Origin: Monocercomonoides exilis PA203 | Lineage: Eukaryota; Protista; Preaxostyla | Assembly: GCA_001643675.2 (NCBI GenBank) | Contig: LSRY02000014.1 | Coordinates: 1,612,001-1,676,000 of the forward strand | Direction of reading: 5' to 3' | DNA: 64,000 bases | Shown here: positions 1-17,787 of the stretch, piece after piece | Layout of the letters: the number at the start of each line of letters is the position of its first letter | Position numbering within the stretch: position 1 is the first letter of the stretch | Position numbers and translations under genes: made by a program | The notes under the pieces: generated by a model | What the model saw: only the letters and a program-made list of their open reading frames with translations | Databases searched by the model: none | What the model was told of the DNA's origin: nothing

Positions 1-3000
1 GCCTCCACTTCTCCTTCTCCTCTTCGTCTCCGTCGTTCAGACATTTCACCTGTTTTGCAATGAGCACAGACGAAACAAGCTCCACAGCTCCATTCACAAT
101 CAGCTGGTGGTGGAAAAGCGGGTGCAAAGAAAGCATCGAAAGCAAGTCAAGCACATTCCGCGCGATCAAATGAGAAAAAGATTTGGAGAAAGAAAGGGAA
201 GATGGTTGGAAAGAAGAAGGATTAGACAAAGAAGACAAAGAAGATGAGGAGGAGGAGGAGGAAGAAGAGGAAGAGGAAAGCTCTTCATTGGAATCATCAC
301 CAGCAGAAGAAACAGTAGAGGAAGCAAGCAAAGCAGAAATAACGTTCATTAGCTTTCTTGGCACGCTTCTGATGAACATTGGGCAAAGAGACATCAAAAC
401 AGCAACAACATCAGCATTCAGCCACTCGATGGGGTTGAAAGCAACCTCCTTCGACACATTCACAAGAACAGAGAGAAGCTTGACTGCAATTGAGTCAATG
501 CTGTTGTTATTATTGGAATTATTGGAATTAATATTACTTGTACTAACACTTCTATTAATATTACTTGTGCTATTCATACCGCTATTGATATTGCTATTGC
601 TATTACTGGCATTAATCACTTCATTTCCGAAGCCAGAAATAAGCAAGCTTTTCAATGCAAAAGAGATTGTGAAGATTCCGTTCTCGTTTCGGATGGCTTT
701 GCAGTGTTCTGAGCGACGAGAAAGAGAATAAAGACAATTAACACACAAAATAGAAAGAGCAAAGTTAGACTGGCAATGCTGGAGGAGAAGATGGAGGAGG
801 AGAGGAATAAACTGAGAGAGTTGAGTGGAATGGGGGATTGGAAGGCTCAATGAATCAGAGGAAGAAGAAGAAGAAGGATTTGCAGTGTTATCATTTCCTT
901 CTCTTTCTCCTTCACCTTCACCTCCTTCTTTCATCTTCCTCATTGCTTGAACAGCTCTTGGGTCGTACTTCATCAACTCCACTGCCACCTCATCCGTTCC
1001 TTCTCCTTCGCTTCTCCCTGTTTTTGACATTTTCCTTGTTTTTCCTAATTTTCTGTTGAAATTTTCTTTCAATTTCTGCTCCATTGGCAAAAGTGCTTCA
1101 ATTAGGTCGATTTCTTCTTCATGGAGCGAACAATTGAGAACAAACTGAACGGCATTTTTGAGCAAATATGAAGATTTTTCTCGTTCCTTCTCTCTTTCAA
1201 TGAACGCACGGGTGATGAATTGTGAGGTTATTGTTGGAGGTTGGAGAGAATTAGAAGATGAAGAAGCAGAAGAAGAAGAATAAGCTTCTTCACTTTCTCC
1301 TCCTTCTCCTCTTCCTTCTCTTCCTTCTTTCTCCATGCAATTCGTCATCATCTTCATCACAAATTGGATTGCTCCGTTTTTCACCAGTTTGATTCGGATG
1401 TCTCGTGTCGAAGACAAATTGCTGATTATTTCCAGCATCGCCACTTCATTCAGCTTCGGAGAATTAGTTCGGAGAAACTCGCAAAGCAAATTTACAGCAC
1501 CGTATCGGGTGAAAGGGAGGTGGTTGATTGGAATGTGAGAGAGAACGGCTAATGTTGGAGTGATGTCAAAGAAGAATGAAGAAGAAGAGGAAGAAGATGA
1601 TGATGATGAAGATGATGATTGATCAATAGAACTTCCATTGTCTTCTCCTTCTACTTCTCCTTCTCCTTCTTCTTGTTCATTCGCCATCACACTCATCAGC
1701 ATCCTCACAAACATTGGATCTCTCAAACAAGAAAGCTTTGCAATGAAATTCTGCTCGTTTCCAATGGAAAGCAAGAAAAATGACTGGATTTTGGCTAATT
1801 GAGCAGAATTGCCTCGTTTCAGGACTTCTTTGAAGAAGGAGATGAGAATTTGGAGCTGAGATTCAGAAGAGATGGAGAAAGAGGGGGAAAGAGAAGAAGG
1901 AAAAGAGAAAGATGAGGAAGAAGAAGAAGAAGAAGAAGAAGAAGCTGAAGATGACAATAAATAAGAAGATGATGATGAAGATGATAAATATGAAGAAGAA
2001 GAAGAAGAATATGAAGAAGCAGAAGAAGAAGAAATATCAGTATTTAACTTCGCTAATTTGTGTTTATGATCCAAAGAGAAATCAACTTCCAAAAGATGAG
2101 AAGGAGAAAGGTATTTCAATGGATGTGAATGTTGCATAGAAGAAGGCAAAGATGAGAAGGAAAAGAGAGAAGAAGAGGAAGAAGAGGAGGAGGAAGAAAG
2201 GGAAGAAGAAGAATAAGAAATAGATTGCATTTCATCCATTTCATCCAATTGAACAACGTTTTCTTCTTCTTCAACAGCTTTTCTAATGTCTCTCAGCTTC
2301 CCTTCTTCTATTTCTCCGAAGCTTCTTATTTCTCCGAAGTTATTTTTCTTTCCTCTCCATTTCTCGATCTTCTTCGTCTTCTCCACAACTTTCTGTTTTA
2401 TTTCTGCTATTTCGACCTCAGAAAACAAATTTGATGAAGAAAACCCTTTTTTCATCTGTGAAATTAGCAACGTTAATTCTGAAGTTAAGTCTTCTTCTTC
2501 TTTTCCTTCTCTTTCTCTTCTTTCTCCTTCTTTCTCTTCTTCTCCTCTTTCTTTTTCTTTTTCTCCTTCTTTTTCATCCAAAATTTCAATTTTCTTTCTT
2601 TTTTCTCGTTTCATTTGTATTTTGGCTCTGTTTTCTTGTTTCGAAAGAATAAACTTCATAATTTTCTTCGCAATTTTCAGGTTTGCTCTTTTTTCTTCTT
2701 TTCCTTCTTTTCCTTCTTTTCCTCTTCTTTCTCCTCTTTCTCTTTCTCTTGATTCAGTTTCATTGTTTTCTTCTTCCTCTCTTTCTTCTTCTTCTTCTTC
2801 TTCTTCCATTTCTTCTTCGTTTAACATTGCTATTTCATCTTCTTCTTCTTCATCTTTTTCTTCTTTTTCTTCTTTTTCTTCTTCTTTTTCTCTAACTTTC
2901 TCTTCTTCTTCTCTTTTCTTCATAACTTTTATCTTTCTTATTTCAATATAACCTTCTTCTTCTTCTTCTTCTCTTCTTCCTTCTTCTTTTCCTTCTTTTT

Positions 3001-6000
3001 CCTTCTCCAAAACGAAAATTTCGCGTTTTTCTTCAAATTTTTCATTGTTTTCTGCTTCAAATTCATCAAAATATTCTTCATTCAATTTATATTTCGCTTC
3101 AATCTTCGTTTTTCTCTTTGTTTCTTCTCTTTCTTCTTTGATTTCTTCTTCTTCTCTTTCTTTCTCTTCTTCTTCTTCTTTCTTCACAAATTCCTTAATC
3201 TTCTTCATTCCCTTCAAAAACATTGAAAATTCTTCATTTATTGTTATTTCTTCGTTTTCTCTCTCTTTCTCCTTCTCCATCTTCTTCGTTATCTCCTTAA
3301 TCTTCTTCTCTTTCTTCTTCCTTTTTTCTTCTACTTTCTCCTTCTTCTTCTTTCTTCTCTTTCTTTCTCTTTCTTTTTCTTCTCTTTCTCTCTTGATTTT
3401 CTTCTTTTCTTTCGAAATTTTCACTTTTTTCGCTTCTCTTTCTTTTTCTTTCTTTTCTTCCGGTTTTTCGAACAGTACCTTATTTAGGAAGCGTGAAACA
3501 ACCTCGTTTTCTAACATAATTCGTTCATTTGCTTCATCTTCTGCCTCTTCTAATTCGATTTTTTCGATTTCTTTCCATTTTTCTTCAATTTTTTGTTTGT
3601 TTATTTCTTTTTCCTCTTCTTTCTCTTCTTTCTCTTCTTTCTCTTCTCCTCTTTCTTCTTCTCCTTCTCTTTCTTCTTCTTCTTCTTCTTTAATAATCAA
3701 ACTTTCTCTTAATTCTTTCAATTTCTTTTCTCTTTTTTCTCTTTCTCTTTCTTTTCTTTCTCTTTCTTTTCCTTCTTCTTCTTCTTTCTCCTTCATCTTC
3801 TTCAAATACATTTTTATTTCTCTTCTTCTTTCTTCTTGTTCTTTTTTCATTTCTTCTATAGAGCATTCGATTATTCCTTCTTCATCCATCTTCATTAGCT
3901 TTTTTATTTCTTCTTCTTCTTCTTCTTCTTCTTCTTTCTCTTTCTCTTCTTCTTCTCTTTCTTTTCCTTCTCTTTCTTCTTCTTCTTTTTCATTCATTGG
4001 TATTGGAGGAGGAAGAGGAGAAGAAGAAGAAGAAGAATCATAAACAAAATCATTATCTTCTTCTTCTGATGAAGAATATGAAGGAACTTCAGGTATTTTT
4101 GGTTTTTCTTCTTCTCTTTCTCCTTCTTCTTCATTCATTTCAAACCCAAAATCAAACTCATTTACTTCTGAATCATTCGAAAGAGAATGAGAAGAAGAAG
4201 AGGAAGAAGAAGGTGAAAAAGGAACAGATGGAATAGCTGGAGCTTCTGGTTCACTTTCTTCTTCTTCTTCTTTTTCTTCTTCTCTTCTTTCTCCTTCTTT
4301 CTCTTCGTTTTTCTTCATCTTCTTCTTCAATTCTTCATTCAACCTCAAACTGAACTCACTTCCCATCATTTGCCCCATCCCGACTCCAAACTTAGGTTTT
4401 TTAGCTTCTTTCTCTTCTTTCTCTTCTTCTTCTTCTCTTTTTTCTTCTCTTTCTCTTCTTTCTCTTTCTCTTTCTTCTTCCTCTGATGATGAAGATGAAT
4501 CCATATCTGGAATTGCTGGCACAGCTGGAATAGGAGGTGGGACTTCTCCTTCTTCACTTTCTTCACTTTCTTTTCCTTCTTCTCCTCGTTCTTCTTCTTC
4601 TTCTTCTGTATCACTTGCCGGAATAATTGGCACTGCAGGAATTTCTTCTCCTTCTTCTGAACTGTCGCTTTCCGGCACTTGCGGAATTTCCGGCGCCTTC
4701 GGAGAAATTGGAGACTTCGGAGAAATAGGAGCTCCTCTTTGAGAGCTCTGAGACGTATAAGATTTGTAAGACTTCGGAGAAATAGGAGCGTTCGGAGAAA
4801 TAGGAACAGTCGGAGGGGGAATATCGTCTTCGCTTGAGGAAGATTCGTATAATGGGATCATTGGTGGTTTTGAAGAGGAAATATCTTGTTCTTCTCCTTC
4901 TCCTCCTCTTTCTTCTTCTTCTTGTTCTTTTTCTTCTTTTTCCTCTTTTTCCTCTTCTCCTCCTTCATTATCTTCTTCTTCTTCTTCTCCAAACGAAATA
5001 TCAATTTCATCTGGAATAGCAGGAGGATGTTGTGTGTTTTCTTCTTCCTGTTTAAGCTCCTTATTTTCTTCTTCTTCTCTTTCTTCTCTTTCTTCTTCAT
5101 TTCGTTCTTTCTCTTCAACATTTGAAATTTCTTCTTCTTCTTCTTCTTCTTCTTCATTCATTGGAATTGGAGGAGGCGAGGAAGAGGAAGAAGAAGAAGA
5201 ACTTTTATCTTTCGAATGAGAAGAAGAAACAGATTGAGAAGGAGAAAGAACAGAAGAGGGAGAAGGAGAGGGAGAAAGAGAAATATGTTGAGAAGAAACT
5301 GATTTTGGAGAAAGAGGAAAAGAAGTTGACGTTTTTGGGGAGAGAAGAGAAGAAGAAGGCGAAAGAGAAGGAGAAAGTGAAGATTTTCGTGATGTATGTG
5401 ACATCGGTGAAATTGGAGTGATCGGAGAAATCGGAGAAATCGGAGAAACAGAAACTTTTTGGATTTCTCCGTTCTCTTCTTCTTCTTCTTCTTTCTCTTC
5501 TTCCTTTCCTTCTTCTTTCTCTTTCTCTTTCTCTTCTTCTTCTTCGATTTCATCTGTAATTTCATCTAATTCTTGTTCAATGTCAAAAGATATAATGCTT
5601 CCTTCTATTTCTTTTTCCTTTTCTCCTTCTTCTCTTTCTTCTCTTTCTCTTTCTCTTTCTCTTTCTCTTTCTCTTTCTCTTTCTCTTCTTTCTTCTTCTT
5701 CTCTTTCTCTTTCTCTTTCTCTTCTTTCTCTTCTTCTTTCTCTCAATTTGTTCATTTCTTCTTCTCTTCTTTCGTCTTTCTCCCTTTTGCTCTGCAATAT
5801 CAAGCTAATCGTTGCTGACAACTGAACTATGTCTTCTTCTCTTCCTTTTCTTCTTTCTTCTTCTTCCTCTTCTTCTTCTTCCTCTTCTTCTCCTTCTCCT
5901 TCTCCTTCTCCTTCTCCTTCTCCTCTTCTCCCTTCTCCCTTCCTCATCCTCCTCAGCAATTTCTCCTTCTTCTTCTTCTCCTCCATCATCTTCTTCTTCT

Positions 6001-9000
6001 CCTCTTCCAGATACATCAGCCGTTCTCTCACTTCTTTCTCAATTTTCTCTTTCCTCTTCTTCTTCTCTTCTTCTTCTTTCTCCATTAATTGTTCTGTTTT
6101 ATGCTTGTATTGCTCCTTTAACCTTCTTAACTCTTCCCTTTTCCTCTTCTTCTCCTCTTCTTCTTCTTTCTTTCTTCTTTCTTCGAATTCTTCCCTTCTT
6201 TTCGCTTCTTCTTCTCTTCTTTCCCTTTTCCTTTGCTCATTTTCGATTTTCGCCATTTCTTTTCTTTCTTCACTTTCTCGCCATTCTTCGTATTCCTTTA
6301 GTTTTCTTTCTCTTTCTTTCTTCTTCTCTTCTTTCTTCTTCTTCATTTCTTCTTTCTTCTTCTCCTCTTCCTCTTTCTTTTTTTCTTCTTCTTCTTTCTC
6401 CTTCTTCTCTTTCTCTTCTTCTTCTTCTTTCTTCTTTCTTTCTCTTTCCTTTCTCCTTTTCTCTTTCTCCTTCTCTTCCATCATCTTCTTCTTCATCTCT
6501 TCTTTCTCTTTCTTCTTCTTCTCTTTCTCTTCTTCTTCTCTTCTAATTTTCTTCTCTTTCAAACATTTGAGTTCTTCCATGGCTTCTCTTCTTCTCAAAC
6601 ACGACAAGTAGATTTCTTCTATTGTTTTGACCGCTTTTTTGTACTCTTCTTGCTCTTTCTTCTTTTCTATCTTGTCTTTTATCATTCTTCTCATTTCTTC
6701 TTCTTCTTCTTCTTTCCTTTCTTTCGCTTCTTCTTCTCTTCTTCTCTTTCTTTCTTCTTCTCTTTCTCTTCTTCTCCTTTTTCTTTCTTCTTCTTCTTCT
6801 CTTTTTTTTCTTTCTTCTTCTTCTTTCTTCTTTCTTCTTTCTTCTTCTTCTCTTTCTTTCTCTTTCTCTTCTTTTTCTTTCTTTTCTTCTCTTTCTCTTC
6901 TTCTTTCTTCTTCTTCTGCTTCTCTTATCAACTGAATTTCAATTGCTTTTTTCATTTCTTCGTTTAATTTCTTCGTTTTCTCTTCTTTCTCTTCAAATGG
7001 AGGAAGAAGAGGGCGAAGATGAAGAGCAGAAAGAAGAAAAGAAGAGGAAGAGGAAGAGGAAGAGGAGGAAGAAGAGGTAGAAGAAGAAATTTTACCTATT
7101 TCTTTTTCTTTCTTCTTTTTTCTTCCGCCTTCTCTTTCTCCTTCTAAAACACCCATTGAAGCATAATAAGTAGGACGAGAAGAAGAAGAAGAAGAAGAAG
7201 AAGAAGAAGAAGAAGAAGAAGAAGAAGAAGAAGAAGAATTAAAAGAAGAAGAAGAGAAAGAAGAAGAAGAAATTGCGTTATTCTTCATCACCATATTCAA
7301 CATACCTATTGCTGTTGAAACATCTTCTTTCTTCTTCTTCTTCTTCTCTTTCTCTTTTTCTCTTTCTCTTTCTCTTTCTCTTTCTCTCTCTTTCTCCTTC
7401 TTTTCTTCTGTAACATATTGATTTCCCCCTTCCATGCGATTTCGTATCATTTCTTCGTTTTTTTGCTTTTCTTCTGCTTCCATTCGAACTTTTATTGCTA
7501 TTTTTTCTTTCTCCTTCTCTTTTTCTCTTTCTCTTTCCTTTTCTCTTTCTCTTTCTTTCTCCTTCTCTTTCTCTTTCTCCTTTTCTCTTTCTTTCTCTTT
7601 CTCTCTCTCTTTCTTCTTCTCTTTCTCTCTCTGCACAACATAATTTCTTCTTTCGATTGCTCCTCTTATTTCCTCCTTCATTTCTTCGTGTTTCTTCTCG
7701 ACTTCTTCTTTCTCCTTCTTCAGCTCTTCTAACATGCTTCTTCCTCTTCCTTCTTCTTCTTCTTCTTCTTCTTCTTCTTTCTCCAACAAATTCTCGCTCA
7801 CAATCGTTTCTTCTGTTATAACATCTCCTTCTGTAGCTGTTTCAATCACATATTCATTTTTTTCTCTCTCTTTCTCTTTCTCGTTCTCGTTCTCTTTCTT
7901 TAATAATAATGATGAAGATAATGATGAAGACAAAGATAAACCAAAAGTATTATTTAGTTTTCTTTCTTCTTCTCCTTCTCCTTCTCCTTCTTTCCTTTTC
8001 TTTTCTTCTCCTTCTTCATTCTCCTTCTTCTTCCTCCTCCTCACCTCTTGATGCACAATCTTATGCTTCTTCACCAATTTCTTCACTTTCTCCTTCACTT
8101 TCACTTTTTTCATCGTTTTTCTCTTTAATTTTGAAACGTTTGGATTTTTGACATTATTTTGACATTTCTCCGTGTCGTTCGTGTTTTCCCCTTCCTGTTT
8201 AGTCTCCCCTCTCTTCATAAACATCTTGTTTAATTCTGCCGCTATATTATTCTTCATGTTATTTGTATTATTTTTGTTTCCTTCTCTTCTTCCTTCTTCT
8301 CTTCTTTCTCCTTCTTCTCCTTCTCCTTCTCTTTCATCCAATGAAGAAGTTATCTTTCCCTGTGGAACAGGAACAGGAGGAGGCGGCGGTTCATCTGAAT
8401 CACTTTCGCTTTCATTTTCATTTTCTTTCTTCTTCTTCTCTTTCTCTTTCTCTTTCTCTTCTCTTTCTTTTTCTTCCCTCTCTTTCTTCTCCTTCTCCTT
8501 CCTCTTCTTCCTCTTCTTCCTTCTTGCTTCTTCTTTCTCCTTCTCTTTCCTTTCCTTCTTCTCCTTCACTTCCCTCATCTTCCTCCTCCTCTTCCATTCC
8601 TGATACTCATCTTCTTCTCCTTCTCCTCTTTCTCCCTTTCCTTCTCCTTCTTCTTCTTCGCTGCTTGTGTCATACATCAACGGAATCGGAGGAGGTTTTG
8701 TGCTGTCATCGTCATCATCATCTTCTTCTTCCTCTTCCTCTTCCTCTTCTTCTCCTCCTTTTTTCTTCATCATTTTCTTCTTCTTCTTCTCTTCTTCTTT
8801 CTTCTTCTTCTTCTCCTCTTTCATCCTTTGCTCGCTTTGCAATCTTCTTCTTTCCCATTTCTCTATCTTCTTCCTCTTCTTCTCTTTCTCACTTAAAATT
8901 TCTTTTTTCCCTTCTCCTTCTTCTTCTTCTTTCTCTTCTTCTTCTTCTTCTTTATTTATTCCTCTTCCTCTTGGGATTGGAGGAGGAGGTGGTGGTGGTG

Positions 9001-10325
9001 AAGAAGAAGAAGAAGAGGAAGAAGAAGAGGAAGAATTATGAGAAGTAATTGAATAAGAAGAAGAATTTTCAGAAGATATAGAAGATTGTGATGATGTTGA
9101 AGAGGTAGAAGGCGAAGAAGGGATTGGAGGAGGTTTAATTGAACGTGAAGATATTTCTCTTTCTCTTTCTCTTTCTCCCTCTCCTTCTTCTTCTCCTCCT
9201 TCTTCTTCTTCTTCTCCTTCTTCCATTTCCATCTCTTTCTCCGCTTCTTCTGTGACTTCTGTTTCCGTTTCGGTTGTAACCTCAACTGATTCTATTGCTA
9301 TTTCGTAATCTTCGTCATTATCATTTTCTTCTTCCTCTTCCTCTTTCTCTTTCTCTTTCTCTTTCAATTGCTTGCTAGAAAACATGTATTGTTCTTCATC
9401 CTCCTTCCCCTTCTCCCTCTCATTCAAATAAAACTCCCCTTTTTTGTTCTTCCTTTGTTTTTGCTTCATTTTCTGCCTCTCTCTCACTTCTTCGACTTCT
9501 TCTGGTGGAATTGTCTGTTTGAAATACGTCCATTCAGAATCGAACGAAGCACCTTTCACATTCTTCTTCTTCTTCTTCTTCATAATCACATGCTTCTTCA
9601 CCGTCTTGTACGTCTTCGAGCGCATTATCAAATCATCAATTTCTTGTGCCCGTTGAAGCAGCGCTTGGTCCTGTTTTTCCATTGCTTCTAATTCCTTTGA
9701 AAATGCTAGTTCTTCTGCTTGCTTTTTGTTTCTTTTCATTTGAAGCTCATATAATTTTATTCGTTCTTGATCAACTTTAATAATCTCTTTGTCTTTTGTA
9801 ATTGAAAATGGCCAATAGTCTGGCTTGTATTCCTTTGCAAAGGCATTTGAGCTTAACTTATGAGTTTTAAGTTGAGGAGGGCGTAAATAAGTGCCTTTTT
9901 TGTGATTGAAGCTTTCTATTACTTGTCGAACCGCATCCCCTTTCTTTGATGTTGGAATTTGACCTAAGGTAGCTGGTTTTGATGGAGATGGCTGAGTTGA
10001 TCCCTTGATAAAAATATGCAAATTATCAAAAATTACATATTTATAATAAAGATTAAAAATAAAAATGTCACACATTAAACTGCATTTCCCTAGTTTGTAT
10101 ATATGATTTTTGAAGTGGACTTGAAAGTTTATGTTGAGGAAAAGATAAGCTAGAAGCCGGAGAAGTTTCTATTTGTGTAATGATCTTTTCAATGTCGTTG
10201 AGCATGAAGTGACTCGAAACCTTTAAAAAATAAATGCGAAAAATAAAAATTAGCTATATCATTCAAATATTATCGAAAGCAACCTTCTCAGGTACTCGAT
10301 AAAGTCTTTGAGTTTGATCACTCAT
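1..10325 (-). CDS. Giant (>3,390 aa, runs off window) low-complexity E/K/S/P-rich protein; exons 10325-10284, 10220-10074, 10003-<1
   Basis: ATG at 10325 (MSDQTQRLYRVPEK). Two phase-0 GT-AG introns lead into one frame (GSTQPSPSKP...) that still reads sensibly at ~9.7 kb, ~8.05 kb and the window start (...PLFHHQLIVNGAVELVSSVLIAKQVKCLNDGDEEEKEKWR). The ORF track lists no terminated ORF in this frame. Spot-checked, not read codon by codon. Confidence 0.8.
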
Positions 10326-10491
10326 TAACTTATAAAATGTTTGGTAAATTTGATCGTGTTAATTTTTCAATCATTTCATTAGTATTATATACAATCATAA
10401 AGATTGAAGAAGATGAACATGAAGAAATAAAAAACAAACAACCATAACAGTATAGAATATTTATTGTTTTTTGATTTACGCACTTTACAAA

Positions 10492-11016
10492 ATGAGTTGC
10501 GTAATTTCAATATTGGCCTTATATTATTCTTTTTATTATGTATATTCGGAACCAACTTTGTACGACTATTTAGGCGTTGAAAAATCAGCTTCAGATGAAG
10601 AAATCAAAGGGGCTTACAAGTTTCTAGCTTTAAAATACCATCCTGACCGCAACAATGGAGATGAAGCTTCGCATGATATTTTTAGGAAGATTACCAACTG
10701 TTTGCACATTTTTTGTCTTTGGATGAAAAAAATTTTTTTAAAAAAAATGAATTTGTTTTCAGCTTATGAAATATTGTCGAATCCAGAAAAGCGAAAATTG
10801 TATGATAAAGCTCTATTCAATCATGCTAGTGAAAGTGAAGGTCATAACGTTTATCATTACAGTGATTATGACTTTTCACAAAAAAAACAGTCAGATGAAG
10901 AAAAAGATAAGAATTCAGAGATAATAGTTTTTAACGATGAATATGATGAATTGTTGATAAGCTACTTCCCTCTAAAGTTAATTTTCTTACTTTTTGCATT
11001 TTTGTTACAACTTTAA
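10492..11016 (+). CDS. DnaJ/Hsp40 J-domain protein with N-terminal hydrophobic signal (3' end uncertain)
   Basis: [32 protein letters not shown]...[14 protein letters not shown] with intact HPD motif; 63-nt GT-AG intron at 10700-10762. Confidence 0.85.
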   Translation: MSCVISILALYYSFYYVYSEPTLYDYLGVEKSASDEEIKGAYKFLALKYHPDRNNGDEASHDIFRKITNCLHIFCLWMKKIFLKKMNLFSAYEILSNPEKRKLYDKALFNHASESEGHNVYHYSDYDFSQKKQSDEEKDKNSEIIVFNDEYDELLISYFPLKLIFLLFAFLLQL

Positions 11017-13847
11017 GTTTTGGTTTCTTTTTGTGATTTGAAATAATCAAATGTTTCATCAGATAATTTTTGTTCATGTTTTGGGTGCACTGTTAAAAAC
11101 AAACTTTATATAAATTTGGTTCGATTATAATTAACAAAATATTCCATTGAACCTGTTTCAACTTTTTGTCTGACAATTAATTAATTGGTATTTTTTATAA
11201 CTAACTATCAAAGGTGTTGAAAGTTGCACAGAAAATAAAACAAAACAAAACATTCACTTTGAATAAATAATTTTGCAAACAAAATACCTATTTTTATTTT
11301 TATATTTTTGATTTCTTTAATGAAAAAAAATTTTACAAACAAAAATCGAAATTTTTTCATTATTTGCAACTCATTCAACAAGTTGAAAGCTGCACTGTTA
11401 TAATAACAAAACCAATAGTAATGATTTGTTAAATATAAATTCGTTTATGATTATTACCAAAATTTCGTCGGTTTCAAATCAACGGTTTTTTTTCAATTAT
11501 GGAACTCATTTTGAATGATTTTTGGTCCGATGGAGATAATAAGAAAAGAAATGAATAGCATTGTTTTGTTCTGTTGAAATCTTATCTTCACTGTTTGTTT
11601 TTCATTTCATTCAATTTTGGTTATTATTTTTTCAACACAACTTATTTTAGATTGTTGACTGATAAAAAAAATACTATCATTAATTGAACAGAAAAGTTTA
11701 TTCAACATGGAAAAATCAAAATAACTATCTTGAATGTTGATGTTACATCCGAATGCATTATTAAAAAAATACCTGCATTTTGCGTTATCGCTTTTTAACG
11801 ACTTGAAAATTATTTTTAATACATTTTCAATACGAATATTTTGACAGAATAAATAAGGTTTTAAAAATAAATCACACATTTGTTTGAAAAATGATGAACT
11901 TTTTCGTTAAATCATAAAATAACATTTTTCTTTTTCTTTTCTTTTTTCACAAATAAACTTCCTGAAATTGAAGTGGATGATGACCATTGAAATATTTGAA
12001 CACAAACAAAAATGAAGGAATTTTCGTTTTTCTTTCAATTCGAAGAAGTTTTCATCACATTGCAATGTTTCGTTCTTTTCGCTCGAATTTGAATGGAAAG
12101 AAACATTTTTTAGTGTGAACAATAAATTACAACGTCTTGAGACAAAACAATCCGCAAATAATATTTTTATAATCATTTTCCTGATAATTAATAAAAAAAT
12201 AATATTTTTTATATTTCCAATTTGTGTGATTATTCATAATGTCATATTTGAGACGATAATTTGATATTTATGAATTTTATTCCATTCTGGATTTTTGAAC
12301 AAATTTCTCATTTTTTTTATTTTTGTGAACATTTTTTCAGAAGAATGTCCTTCTTGTTGCGTAATGAACGAAGAAAATGTTCGGTAAAAATCGTTGTTTT
12401 TTTCATAAAAAAATAGAATATTGTCCCATTTTTTCTGTCAAAAAATTCGGAAAGAACATTTGTATTTAATATGGGACAAAATATACAACTTCAAGCATTT
12501 TCATCAAAAAATTATTCACTTTTCATTGACTTTTTGTGTACAAAAAATTAGGTAAAAAACAGGATTATTTTTTGAAATACGTGTGAGGTCGCAAAACATA
12601 ATGTTAATATATCAATGCTGTTTGCTTACAGTAATGAAAATCAAATTGTTTTTGAAATCCGGTAAAGTGTAAAAATGTTATAAGTCAAACATTTTTTTTA
12701 TGCTTTGTGCATAAAAAGCTTGTAAGTTTGTATTTCCCCCCAAATGAACACCAAAAATCTTTATTCCATTTGTTGATTATATAGCAATGGACAAATTACA
12801 AACATTTTTTCATGCAAGATATGGAAAACATTTTTCTTTTGAATGAAAAATTTTCAATCAAAGACGAACAACCTTTGAAATATCAATTCACCGAAAAAAG
12901 TTTTAATTCCAAAAATATACACCCATATCTGAACGAAATAAAATAATAATATCTACATATTGTTTTACACTTTCTGACAATCAAAAAGACTTTTATTACT
13001 TAATATGAATATGGGTGATAATTTTTGAAATCATATCTTTTTTCGGGGTGTTGTTTTTCAAAGATTGTCATTTTTGAGAAGAAAATTTCAATTCATAAGA
13101 GAAAAAGTGTGATTAATGTTTTTAAAACAAACGGTATTTCGGAATCAAAGATAAAAATATTTTCATTAAGCCTTTTCACTTTTCGATGTTCATTTTGTTA
13201 TATGCAATATCATTTAAAAAACCGAAAACTATGTTTGAAAAAATATGATTTTAAAATTAATCACCCATATGAATATTTTATCTTATTTTATCTTTGTTTT
13301 TTAAAGTGACTATCAAAATTTTCGAACATCAGAAAATCTTGGTTATCTATACAATGTTTAAAACAGTGACATTTGAATTACACGCTTTTATCCTTTTCAA
13401 CAAGTGTTTGAAAGGTCAATAATTTCAAAGCATTTAACATGCCGAAAGAATTTCTCTCTTCAATTACAAAAAAACTTCGAAAATATTATTATTCCAAAAA
13501 TTATTATGGCTAAAGCAATCATAGTAGAAATTTCATTTATTCTTCTATTCGTTTCGAATTATGTTATTCTCTCATTGTTTGAACAAAAGATCGATAACTG
13601 AATAATCATTCATGCTTTTCCACACCTTTTTCCGAATTAGCATTCCGAATATAAAAATTGTTGCAATCGATTATGCAAGATCATACAAAACAGAAATTTA
13701 ATTTTTAGTGAATGCACAATTTCTCAAAATACTTCCAATTTCAAGGTTTCTTTCTTTTTTAAGAAATTCAAAAAGAAGAAAAAAAAATTTACTTCTGGTG
13801 AAATGCTATTGAGAATTTCTTAAATGACAGACAAGATTTAAAGTCTG

Positions 13848-17086
<3,239 letters not shown>

Positions 17087-17415
17087 TATTTATTGCGGTC
17101 AAGATCAATTTTTTCTCACTTTTCTTTTGAGATAAAAAGGGATAAAGTCGTTAGTTTATTTGTGCTTGCGTTTAATTTATCTAATGCTGCATAATTTATC
17201 TGTACTTTGCTTAATTTTGCAAAGGTTCACGATACGTACACAAAAAATGACATGATTGTTGTTAACAGTTGTTCTCATTGTTAACAAGCTTGTTACAACA
17301 GATACACGGACAATGAGTTCGTTTTTCATTATCTTATTTGTTTTGGAAAATGTTATTAACATCGCCGAATCAGTGGTTTGAGTTGTTTAACAATTTCAAT
17401 TATTTTTTTCATTAA

Positions 17416-17787
17416 ATGAAAATATATAAAACTATTCAGTCAACAAGAGCTGATGCTTATGAGCAATACAAAAGAGATGCAAAAATGAAAGATAAGAAAA
17501 GATGCTCTACAGACTATCGGCCACAATATGATTCACATCAATATATAAAGGATTGCTCTGCTCGACCAGAGATAGAGAAATGTGATATCGATAGATTTCA
17601 CTACGATGTATGGCAAAGTCCTTAATTCAATAAACTATCTCTTTATATTATATCATTAACTTTCATTTGTTTTTGCTGATACTTATCCTTCTTTTTCCTT
17701 TAAAGGACGAAGTCGGACCTGGACGTATTTACAAACTGACAGATTGTCATAATTCTCCAAGAAGCCGACGCTCTTCGAGATATTGAT
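17416..17787 (+). CDS. Small hypothetical protein, at least two exons (5' end uncertain)
   Basis: ...CDIDRFHYD|gtatgg...aaag|DEVGPGRIYKLTDCHNSPRSRRSSRY* joins in phase across an intron; no recognisable domain. Confidence 0.4.

Noticed and set aside
183-9691. Dozens of plus-strand F/S/L-rich ORFs
   Set aside because: Antisense shadows of GAA/TTC repeats in the giant minus-strand exon.
11607-12176. Two short minus-strand ORFs as a gene
   Set aside because: Extremely AT-rich, no motif and no coherent splice model; at most a decayed fragment.
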